Assembly (NCBI RefSeq): GCF_000025505.1
Contig: NC_013849.1
Span: 60,001 to 92,000 of the forward strand
Origin: Ferroglobus placidus DSM 10642
GTDB taxonomy: Archaea; Halobacteriota; Archaeoglobi; Archaeoglobales; Archaeoglobaceae
Length of the DNA: 32,000 bases
Direction: 5' to 3'
Position 1 is the stretch's first letter; every line of letters starts with the position of its first letter. The position numbers and the translations under genes were made by a program. Shown in pieces: positions 14,796-22,743 of this stretch. The notes under the pieces were generated by a model. It was not told the DNA's origin and did not search any database. It saw only the letters and a list, made by a program, of their open reading frames with translations.

Positions 14796-16837
14796 TCTTT
14801 CCTCGCAAGGAGTGCTTTCAGCTCCGGGCATCCGGAAATCGGATCTCCGGGCTTGTTTGAGGTAAGAACGTTAACGTTCCCTTCGCTCCATCCGTGGGGG
14901 ATGTTTATTACTCCCGGGGCTATGTCTTCGGTAACTTTAGCTCTGACGACTATGCTTCCCCTCTCGGTTTTGACGATAACCTTGTCTCCGTCCTTCACTC
15001 CGAACTTCTCTGCAGTTTTCGGATTTATCTCAACGTAAGCCTCCGGAAGAATTCTTCTCATCTTCTCCACGTTTCTCATTTGGGAATGGGTGTAGTAAAC
15101 GTCCCTCGCCCCGGTAGTTAGAATTAAAGGATATTCCTTGGCTTTTTCGCTGTACGGACTTTCGCTCGGCTCTTTCGGGGTTGGAATCGGATCGTAGCCG
15201 AGTTTTTTCAAAGTTTCCGAGTATATCTCGACTTTCCCGCTCGGAGTTTTGAATCCTCTCTTCTTGTACTCTTCGTACTTTACTTCTCCAGTCCAAACTC
15301 CTGAAGGATATTTTTCGTTCAGATCTTCGAAGGAGTAGCCGGTAGGCTCCAAAACGTAATCGAGAACTTCTTCAACGCTCGTCCACGGGAAGTAGTTATC
15401 GAATCCCATTTTCTTCGCAAGCTCAAGCCAGAATTCCACGTCACTCTTAGCCTCTCCCAAAGGCTCTATCACCTTCTTCCTCAGCATCATGTAGGGAATT
15501 CCGAATATCACGCTGTAGTAGTCGACGAGCTCGTATCTTTCAAGGAAAGAGGCGGCGGGTAAGAAAACATCTGCGTGTTTTGCTGTTTCCGTCATGAACA
15601 TATCCATAACCGCCAGAAATTCCACCTTCTTCAGCATCTCCACGACTTTATTCGAGTTGGGCCAGGTTAAAGCCGGATTTGATCCGGCGACAAAGATGCT
15701 TTTAATTGGGTACGGCTTTCCTTCGAGGACAGCGTCGTATAAATACATCCCCTGCCCCTCGCCAAGATGAGTTTCCCAGACTTGGTAGAATAGGGGGTGC
15801 TCCTTAATTCCGAGAGGCACGTCTTCCAGCATTTCCACGAGCCTGAGGTTTCTCGTGTGGACTCTTGCAGCTCTGACAAATCCTCCCTTTACATCGATGT
15901 TCCCCGTTAAAGCGTGGAGAATAGCCACGCTCCTCGCGTTCTGCACGCCAGTAGGAACCTGATCCAGAGCGTTCACCCCTTGGACTATGCATGCCGGCTT
16001 TGTTGTTGCGAAAGTTCTTGCAATCTCAGTAATCGTCTCTGCTTCAACCCACGTTCTTTCGGCTATTTCCTCCAGAGAATATTTGGCTACGTGATTTTTC
16101 AATTCTTCAAAGCCGACGCAGTAATTGGAGACAAATTCCTTATCGTAAAGCTCCTCTTCGATTATGACTTTCATCAACCCCAAAGCTAAGTAGGTGTCGC
16201 TGCCCGGTCTAATTGAGGCGTGTATGTCAGCCATCTTCGCAACCTTGGTTCTTCTCGGATCGATTACTATAAGCTTCGCTCCTCTTTCTCTGGCTTTGTC
16301 TATCCTCCAAGCCAAAGGTGGCTTGGAAGCGTGGGGATTGTGAGCCCAGACGATTATGCAGTTAGCATTGTCTACATCAGCTACGTTGAACTTTCCGATC
16401 GTGAGAATGTAGCCTATTATCTGATGCCTGTAACACATGCTCTCGGGAGAGAAGCAGTTTGGAGTACCATAGACATCCATAAACCTCCTTATGAAGCCTA
16501 CAGTAGATGAACCTCCGAGAAGTATCGGCATTCCGATTATCGTAGCAAAGTACCTCGGGTCCTCTTCTCTTATCTCCTTCAAATTCTCAGCCACGAGCTC
16601 TATAGCATAATCCCAGTCAACCTTTTTCCACTTCTCTCCTTCCTTGACCATCGGACGCGTCACTCTTTCTTTCGAGTAGATGTAATCTGGAGCGACGCTT
16701 CCTTTCGGGCAGAGCCTTCCAAAATTGAGAGGGTGCTCCTTCATTCCCTTAACACTCGTTATTCTTCCCTTTTCAACTTTCACATCCATTCCGCAACTCC
16801 AAGCGCAAAGCTCGCAAGCTGTCTTGATTATCATCAC
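14792..16837 (-). CDS. Molybdopterin (bis-MGD) oxidoreductase catalytic subunit, DMSO-reductase superfamily, cytoplasmic type
   Basis: The N-terminal 4Fe-4S motif is C-x2-C-x3-C-x27-C (CELCAWSCG...LCPKG), starting at residue 8. There is no twin-arginine signal. The 681-aa protein has the pattern of a molybdopterin oxidoreductase plus a C-terminal MopB_CT-like barrel (VKDGDKVIVKTERGSIVVRAKVTEDIAPGVINIPHGW). Confidence 0.85.
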   Translation of the reverse strand: MMIIKTACELCAWSCGMDVKVEKGRITSVKGMKEHPLNFGRLCPKGSVAPDYIYSKERVTRPMVKEGEKWKKVDWDYAIELVAENLKEIREEDPRYFATIIGMPILLGGSSTVGFIRRFMDVYGTPNCFSPESMCYRHQIIGYILTIGKFNVADVDNANCIIVWAHNPHASKPPLAWRIDKARERGAKLIVIDPRRTKVAKMADIHASIRPGSDTYLALGLMKVIIEEELYDKEFVSNYCVGFEELKNHVAKYSLEEIAERTWVEAETITEIARTFATTKPACIVQGVNALDQVPTGVQNARSVAILHALTGNIDVKGGFVRAARVHTRNLRLVEMLEDVPLGIKEHPLFYQVWETHLGEGQGMYLYDAVLEGKPYPIKSIFVAGSNPALTWPNSNKVVEMLKKVEFLAVMDMFMTETAKHADVFLPAASFLERYELVDYYSVIFGIPYMMLRKKVIEPLGEAKSDVEFWLELAKKMGFDNYFPWTSVEEVLDYVLEPTGYSFEDLNEKYPSGVWTGEVKYEEYKKRGFKTPSGKVEIYSETLKKLGYDPIPTPKEPSESPYSEKAKEYPLILTTGARDVYYTHSQMRNVEKMRRILPEAYVEINPKTAEKFGVKDGDKVIVKTERGSIVVRAKVTEDIAPGVINIPHGWSEGNVNVLTSNKPGDPISGCPELKALLARKE

Positions 16838-16906
16838 ATGAAGTTAAGGATTAATAATTTATAAAGGTTTGTAAAGTAAATTTTTGGAAAATCGGAAGGT
16901 GTCGAC

Positions 16907-18580
16907 ATGATCGGAAGCAGACTTGCCGAAGTTTACAGAAGTTTGATAAACGTTGCGATGGGAAGGGAAAAAGCGGATCTCTTAATCGAAAACTGCAACA
17001 TCGTGGATGTTATAAGCGGGGATATTTTCGAGGGAAGTATTGCAATTAAAGGAGACAGAATAGCTCTCGTCGGTGAGAAAGTTGACGCCTACGAATTTTT
17101 CGACGCAAAAGGGCTTTACGCCGTTCCGGGATTTATTGATGCTCACGCACACCCGGATTTTTACCTAACCCTCCCGGAGTATTCGAGTTTGGCAGTTAAA
17201 CACGGAACAACAACGCTATTTTCCGAATGCGACGCAGCTTTAAATGCTCTTGGAACAGAAGGATTCGAGCTCTTCGTCAAGTGGGCGAGGGAATGTCCAG
17301 CTAGAATATATATAAACATCCCCTACATATTCCCTCAGGATCCGGCTGTCGAGGATGCTAACTTCGAGATAAGCTACGAGGAACTTGCTGAGATAGCCGG
17401 AGATCTTTTGGTTGGACTCGGCGAAGTTCTGTCTTGGAGCGGAGTTATTTCATTGGATGAGCAAATTCTGAAAAAGATCGACTTCGCGTTGGAAAAAGAC
17501 CTCGTAGTTCTCGGACACACTGCCGGTGCTAAAAGGAACAAGCTGCAAGCGTATTCCATTATCGCAGGTTCCTGTCACGAAGCAATAACTCAAGAGGAAG
17601 CTCTGGAGAAGCTTAGGAGCGGCTTGCACTTAATGGTTAGGGAGGGGTCGATAAGGAGCGATCTGGGCATAATTAAAGGGATAAAAAACGTCGACAAATC
17701 CTGGATTTCAATTGTTTCCGACGGAGTCGATCCGAGGAAACTTGTGGGGGGTTACATGGATTCAATAGCGAGAAAGGCTGTTGAACTTGGGTTAGATCCG
17801 ATAGATGTGCTGAGGATGATCACGGTGAATCCGGCGAAATACTACGGAATGGAGAGAGATCTTGGCATAATCGCTCCTCCGAGATACGCTGACATAGTTT
17901 TGCTGAAAAGCCTTGAAAAGTTTGAGGTTGAGAGAGTTTTCGTTGGGGGAAAGATTCCGAAGGAGGCGAAGACGAAAGATGAACCTTACAGCGTCATGAA
18001 CGTTGAGAAGATTGAAAGAGAGGACTTAAAGATTGACGCCGATGGAAACGTTAAAATCAGGATGATGCGCCTTGTCACCGAGAGCGTAACAAAGGAGGTT
18101 ATCAGAGAGGTGGAGGTGAAAAACGGAGAGACGGATTTCTGTAAAGCTGTTTTGGTGGACAGGTTTAAAGGAAACAGAATAGTTATCGGGTTGATCGAAA
18201 ACCTCGAAATGGAAGGCACAGTTTCTTCAACCTTCAACTTCGACGAGTACAATATTCTGACCATAGGCAGAGACTACGACGAGATAGCTAAGACGACGAA
18301 CAAACTCATAAAAATGGGTGGGGGGATAATTTACTCCGGAAAAACAAACGTAGAGCTAAGGTTACCCTACGGAGGAGTTATGAGCAACGATGTTGGGGAT
18401 GTAATCCAGAAACTCGAAAAGCTGAATGAAGTTTTAAAAGACGATGGCTTCGAATTCGAAAATCCATTGAACGTGCTGTACTTCCTAACTTTCGTAACGC
18501 TGCCTGAATTGAAGATCAGCAATAAAGGATTGGTGAAGGTCAAGGAGAGGAAGATCGTGCCGCTTATAGTGGAAAGTTGA
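16907..18580 (+). CDS. Adenine-deaminase-like amidohydrolase
   Basis: Has the amidohydrolase metal motif PGFIDAHAHPD, then HGTTT, LGHTAG, SCHEA and VSDGVD in the order seen in adenine deaminases. The roughly 200-aa C-terminal domain is also typical of Ade. The substrate is not certain. Confidence 0.7.
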   Translation: MIGSRLAEVYRSLINVAMGREKADLLIENCNIVDVISGDIFEGSIAIKGDRIALVGEKVDAYEFFDAKGLYAVPGFIDAHAHPDFYLTLPEYSSLAVKHGTTTLFSECDAALNALGTEGFELFVKWARECPARIYINIPYIFPQDPAVEDANFEISYEELAEIAGDLLVGLGEVLSWSGVISLDEQILKKIDFALEKDLVVLGHTAGAKRNKLQAYSIIAGSCHEAITQEEALEKLRSGLHLMVREGSIRSDLGIIKGIKNVDKSWISIVSDGVDPRKLVGGYMDSIARKAVELGLDPIDVLRMITVNPAKYYGMERDLGIIAPPRYADIVLLKSLEKFEVERVFVGGKIPKEAKTKDEPYSVMNVEKIEREDLKIDADGNVKIRMMRLVTESVTKEVIREVEVKNGETDFCKAVLVDRFKGNRIVIGLIENLEMEGTVSSTFNFDEYNILTIGRDYDEIAKTTNKLIKMGGGIIYSGKTNVELRLPYGGVMSNDVGDVIQKLEKLNEVLKDDGFEFENPLNVLYFLTFVTLPELKISNKGLVKVKERKIVPLIVES

Positions 18581-18675
18581 CTCCGTAAATTTTATCTTAG
18601 CTTGAGATTTCAAATAATTATTAATTAATTTTATTAAAGCAAACAATTTAAATAGATTCCCGGCAAGAAGTCGTC

Positions 18676-20472
18676 ATGGGTTTTGAGGAGAAGGCTGAGA
18701 GGGATTTGGAAGAGGGAGGAATAGGTGATGTCTTAACTCAAAAGCACGAAATCAAGCATAGGTACACGAAAAGGCAGAAAATATCTTTATTCTTCGGAAT
18801 TCTGTTATTCTTGGCTGTAATCCTCATGCCAACTCCCGCTACATTTGCAGAGTCGGCTCTGAAAAACTCCGAACTTCCGAAGGACTTAGTTTCGGAGATG
18901 GGAAAGCTCGGCTACGCCGAGGTTGAAGGGGGCAAGATAAAAAAAGTAAAGGATGTTGAGGCGGCTCTTTCTTACCTCAAGGAGAGAAGTCCGGAGAGTT
19001 ACGAAAAAGTCGTAAAGAAAGCTAACGACATGAAAAGCGTCACGGCTTTAACGATCCTGATGGCTGTATGGTGGATTGGAGAAGCGATTCCGCTGCCAGC
19101 TACAGCTTTACTCCCCTTAGTCGCTCTACCAGTTCTTGGAGTTAGCAAGATTAACGAAGTTGCCCCGAATTACGCCTCAAATGTGATTTTCCTCTTTATG
19201 GGAGGTTTCATGATCGCAGCAGCTATGATGAAGTGGAACCTTCACAGAAGACTTGCGTTGATAATAGTTAATGCGATGGGCACGAGTCCAAAAAGGATTA
19301 TTCTCGGTTTTATGGTAGCAACGGCTTTCCTCAGCATGTGGATTTCCAATACCGCTACGACGATGATGATGATGCCGATCGGTCTGTCGATAATTTTGCA
19401 CATCGCAAAGGTTGGAGAGGAGTTGAAGAGAAAGGGAGAAATAAAAGGAGTTGACTTTAGAGCTGGCAGATTTAGATTTGGCACAGCTCTAATGCTCGGA
19501 ATAGCCTACGCAGCATCGATAGGAGGGGTTGCAACGATAATAGGAACTCCGCCTAACGCTGTTTTTGTCGGGACACTTCCAAAGCTCTTCCCGAATGCTC
19601 CGGAAGTAACCTTCGTGGACTGGCTTTTTATAGGACTTCCAGTGTCAGCGATAATGCTTCTCCTGACTTGGATCGTCCTTGTGTACGTTCTGAACAAGCC
19701 GGAAATTGACGAAATTCCCGGAGGAAAGGAGTTAATAAGAAAGGAGCTGGAAAAGCTCGGTGCTTGGAGTAGGGGAGAAAAGATCGTTCTTTCTGTCTTC
19801 ATTCTTACCGCTCTCGCATGGATTAACAGCAAACCGAAAAACATAGCGGGAGTAATTATTCCAGGAATTTCGAGCTATCTGCCCTTCGTGAACGATTACG
19901 TCATAGCGATGGCGGCTGCCATAGCTCTTTTCCTTATTCCGGTGGACTTAAAAAGAGGAGAATTCGCTCTCGACTGGGATCACGCCAAGGACATCCCGTG
20001 GGGCATCTTACTTCTCTTCGGAGGTGGAATAGCGTTGAGTAAAGCTTTCACGTCCTCCGGACTTGCAAGCTGGTTGGCTGAGCAGCTTTTATTTTTAAAA
20101 GGTGCACCAACGATTCTCGTAATTCTTGCGGTGGTAACGCTTGTGATATTTCTCACCGAGATGACGTCCAATACAGCAATAGCAACTCTGATGATGCCCA
20201 TAATGGCTGGATTTGCCTTGGCTATGGGGGAAGATCCGAGAGCATTCATGATTCCGGCAACGATAGCAGCGAGCTTCGCCTTCATGCTTCCGGTAGCGAC
20301 GCCGCCAAATGCAATAGTCTTCGGGACTGGCTACGTGACAGTTCCTCAAATGGTGAGAAACGGTTTTCTGCTGAACGTTATCGGCATAGCTCTCGTGACG
20401 ACTCTTTGCTACCTTTTACTTCCAGTAGTCTTCGACGTAACTTGGGGTGTTAAGCCCGAATGGGTTCCCTGA
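18676..20472 (+). CDS. DASS-family (SLC13/NadC-like) Na+-coupled di/tricarboxylate or sulfate symporter
   Basis: A polytopic membrane protein with two hairpin-tip Ser-Asn-Thr motifs (WISNTATTMMMMPIG and MTSNTAIATLMMPIM), which are characteristic of DASS transporters. Confidence 0.85.
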   Translation: MGFEEKAERDLEEGGIGDVLTQKHEIKHRYTKRQKISLFFGILLFLAVILMPTPATFAESALKNSELPKDLVSEMGKLGYAEVEGGKIKKVKDVEAALSYLKERSPESYEKVVKKANDMKSVTALTILMAVWWIGEAIPLPATALLPLVALPVLGVSKINEVAPNYASNVIFLFMGGFMIAAAMMKWNLHRRLALIIVNAMGTSPKRIILGFMVATAFLSMWISNTATTMMMMPIGLSIILHIAKVGEELKRKGEIKGVDFRAGRFRFGTALMLGIAYAASIGGVATIIGTPPNAVFVGTLPKLFPNAPEVTFVDWLFIGLPVSAIMLLLTWIVLVYVLNKPEIDEIPGGKELIRKELEKLGAWSRGEKIVLSVFILTALAWINSKPKNIAGVIIPGISSYLPFVNDYVIAMAAAIALFLIPVDLKRGEFALDWDHAKDIPWGILLLFGGGIALSKAFTSSGLASWLAEQLLFLKGAPTILVILAVVTLVIFLTEMTSNTAIATLMMPIMAGFALAMGEDPRAFMIPATIAASFAFMLPVATPPNAIVFGTGYVTVPQMVRNGFLLNVIGIALVTTLCYLLLPVVFDVTWGVKPEWVP

Positions 20473-20478
20473 TTTTTT
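20473..20478 (+). terminator. T6 tract immediately after the DASS stop codon; possible archaeal terminator
   Basis: The sequence TGATTTTTTAC has its stop at 20470-20472 and the T-run at 20473-20478. The tract overlaps the 3' end of the convergent ERCC4 gene. Confidence 0.3.
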
Positions 20479-21118
20479 ACCTTATTTTTCTTCCTCTGAA
20501 AGCGTCGTAAATTCTTCTCGCGTATTTCTCCCCTATTCCTTCGACTCTCATGAGTTCGTAGAGTGAGGCGTTGGCAATTCTCTGCAAGTTTCCGAACTTT
20601 TCAAGAAGTCTTTTTGCTCTTTCCTCCCCTATTCCGGGAATTGCCGTTAGCATCGCTATTTGATAATCTTCCTTAGCTTTCACTCTCGGAAAAACTCTCA
20701 GCTCTCCTTTTCTTATCTTCGAATCTATGTACTTTAAAGCGAGGATAGAATCGAACTCGTTCTCAAAAGTTATCGGAACTACTTGCCCCTTTTCTTTCTT
20801 CACGGCCAAAGATATAAGAGCTCCTATGACTGCTTCTCTCCTTATCTCCCTCCTCACAAGAACTTCTTCAATCGAGCCGATTATAAATATAAAGCTCAAG
20901 TTGTACCTTGAGGAGAGCAAGTAGTGCTGTCTGAAAATTCTGCCGTCGATCGTTGAATTCACGAAGTCTTCTGCAGATTTTCTTTCGACGGCAACTTCGT
21001 AACTTTCGTGAACAACGAGGAAATCTCCAACCTCAAGTCTCCTGATTTCGTACTCAACTCCCGCTTCTTCAAGCATTCTGAAAACTTTTTCTGGCTCTCT
21101 GTCATCGACGAATATCAT
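20477..21118 (-). CDS. Short XPF/Mus81-family ERCC4 nuclease with C-terminal (HhH)2
   Basis: The catalytic signature is intact: VGDFLV ... VERKSAEDFVNS (GDxn-ERKx3D). Two helix-hairpin-helix motifs are present (IPGIGEERAKRLL, VEGIGEKYARRIY). The ATG at 21118 is preceded by GGAGG (21125-21129) at 6-nt spacing. The ORF-track TTG start at 21133 is less likely. Confidence 0.8.
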   Translation of the reverse strand: MIFVDDREPEKVFRMLEEAGVEYEIRRLEVGDFLVVHESYEVAVERKSAEDFVNSTIDGRIFRQHYLLSSRYNLSFIFIIGSIEEVLVRREIRREAVIGALISLAVKKEKGQVVPITFENEFDSILALKYIDSKIRKGELRVFPRVKAKEDYQIAMLTAIPGIGEERAKRLLEKFGNLQRIANASLYELMRVEGIGEKYARRIYDAFRGRKIR

Positions 21119-22712
21119 AAAAAGCCTCCGCAATCTTCTCGTATACTTCTTTTTCTCTACCTTTCGAAGTTCTTCTGAGCTTTTCGACTATCAGTTCCGG
21201 AGTGCTTCTACCTATTTTTCCGAAGATCGGTTGCCTGTTCACGATCAATCTGAAATTCTCATCCAAACCAACAGCTTCAATTCCGTCTACCCTCACAAAA
21301 TCCAGCTTCGAAAGCTCCTCGCCGAGATGAGATACGACGATTGCGTAATCTCCAGCGGAGTGGATAAGTTCGAGGATCTTTTTCAGAATTTTAACCGCCG
21401 CACCCGGTTCTGTTATCGCTTCGAACTCGTCTACGAGAATTAACTTTCTGCCTTTACTCGAAATTGCTCTGGCAAAAGACTTTATCGTGTTTTCAAACGC
21501 CCCACTTCCGTAGCTCATTTTCTTCCTCTTGAAAAAGAAGAGCTCATCGAAAACCCGTACTTCTGCTCTTTCTGCATTCACCGGCAAACCCATGTGAGCT
21601 AATATCACAATTTGGCAAACGAGTTCAAGCAACGACGTTTTTCCTCCGCTGTTAGCTCCAGTTAATATTGCAATTCTGTTTCTCTCATCTAAGTAGTAGT
21701 CTATCGGCTGGGGATTATCTATGAACAGATTTTTTCCTTTGAATATTCTTAGTCCCTCACCTATTTCAGGGAAAGCGAAATCCTGAAGAACTTTGTAGAG
21801 TGCCAGCGACCTGTACTTCTTTATTTTTTCATTCAAACCCTTTAGGTCGTACTTTTCAACGATCCTCCTGCATGCGAAATAAAAGTCGATCGCATGCCTC
21901 TCTTCAAGCTTTTTCTTCAATTCTCTCAACTTCTCCTCGTTCACTTCGATAGGGTAGCTGATTGTGAACACGTTTTCGTAGATTCCAAATTTTTCGTAGA
22001 TTTTTTCCTCAGCGGCTTTTACCTCCTCCTCTATCACGTCCCTTATTTTTTCGAAAGCCCTCTCAGCGAGAGACAGAACTTCTTTTCCACTTAGAATTAT
22101 CTTAACGTTCTCAAGCCTTTCCTCTATCCTTTCGTTGAGCTGAACGAGAATTTCGTGAACAGCAGTTTCCATCTCTTCAACTTCCTTAACTCTTTCGTAC
22201 AACTCTTTAACTCTCTCAACTTCTTCGAGAATTTTGGCTACCTCCTCCTTTCCGTCTACCTTCTTTTCCATTTCCGAAAGCAGCTTTAAAGAGTGTAGAT
22301 TCTGAAGGAGAGGCACGACGAAAATTTCAGGTGCGAGGTGCTCTATTTTCGGCTCGGCTTCGATGTCGTAGTTTAGGAGCAGAGTAAAAGGAGCTGGGGA
22401 GAATCGAACCTCGCAAACCCCTATTTTTAAAGCCTTTTCGTACTCGTCCTCGTCTTTAGCGATGTAGCATCGATCTTCGAAAAATCTCTTTTTGAATTCG
22501 AAGTAACTGAGTTTCGTTAGATCCTCGAAGCTAACTTTCTGAGCTTTTTCTATTAGTTCTTTCACGACTTTTTGCCTTTTCAGAATTTCCTCTCTATCGG
22601 AGACCAAATCGAACTTTTTCAACTCTTCTTCTGCTTCTCTCACCTTTGCCTCAGTTTTTAGGTAGTTTACAACTTTTCCGTAGATTTCTCTCGCGTCACC
22701 CCTTAATTTCAC
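21102..22712 (-). CDS. MutS-domain-V (MutS2-like) ABC ATPase with long coiled-coil N-terminal region
   Basis: The C-terminal third has Walker A LTGANSGGKTSLLE, Walker B LILVDEFEAITEP and VVSHLGEEL, as in the MutS ATPase domain. The N-terminal roughly 330 aa are Glu/Lys-rich. I could not recognise a mismatch-binding domain I or an Smr domain. The start codon is GTG. Confidence 0.8.
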   Translation of the reverse strand: MKLRGDAREIYGKVVNYLKTEAKVREAEEELKKFDLVSDREEILKRQKVVKELIEKAQKVSFEDLTKLSYFEFKKRFFEDRCYIAKDEDEYEKALKIGVCEVRFSPAPFTLLLNYDIEAEPKIEHLAPEIFVVPLLQNLHSLKLLSEMEKKVDGKEEVAKILEEVERVKELYERVKEVEEMETAVHEILVQLNERIEERLENVKIILSGKEVLSLAERAFEKIRDVIEEEVKAAEEKIYEKFGIYENVFTISYPIEVNEEKLRELKKKLEERHAIDFYFACRRIVEKYDLKGLNEKIKKYRSLALYKVLQDFAFPEIGEGLRIFKGKNLFIDNPQPIDYYLDERNRIAILTGANSGGKTSLLELVCQIVILAHMGLPVNAERAEVRVFDELFFFKRKKMSYGSGAFENTIKSFARAISSKGRKLILVDEFEAITEPGAAVKILKKILELIHSAGDYAIVVSHLGEELSKLDFVRVDGIEAVGLDENFRLIVNRQPIFGKIGRSTPELIVEKLRRTSKGREKEVYEKIAEAFYDIRR

Positions 22713-22743
22713 GGAAAAAATTAGCTAAAATTGGGATAAAAAC

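Noticed and set aside
14792-16837. Possible selenocysteine (in-frame TGA) or frameshift in the molybdoenzyme
   Set aside because: The ORF is uninterrupted over 681 codons with the Fe-S motif at its N-terminus, so no recoding is needed to explain it.
18676-19020. Long N-terminal region of the DASS transporter (one TM helix plus a ~70-aa charged segment) as a possible extra domain
   Set aside because: I cannot align it to reference DASS proteins here, and N-terminal length is variable in this family. The evidence is insufficient to call it a distinct domain.
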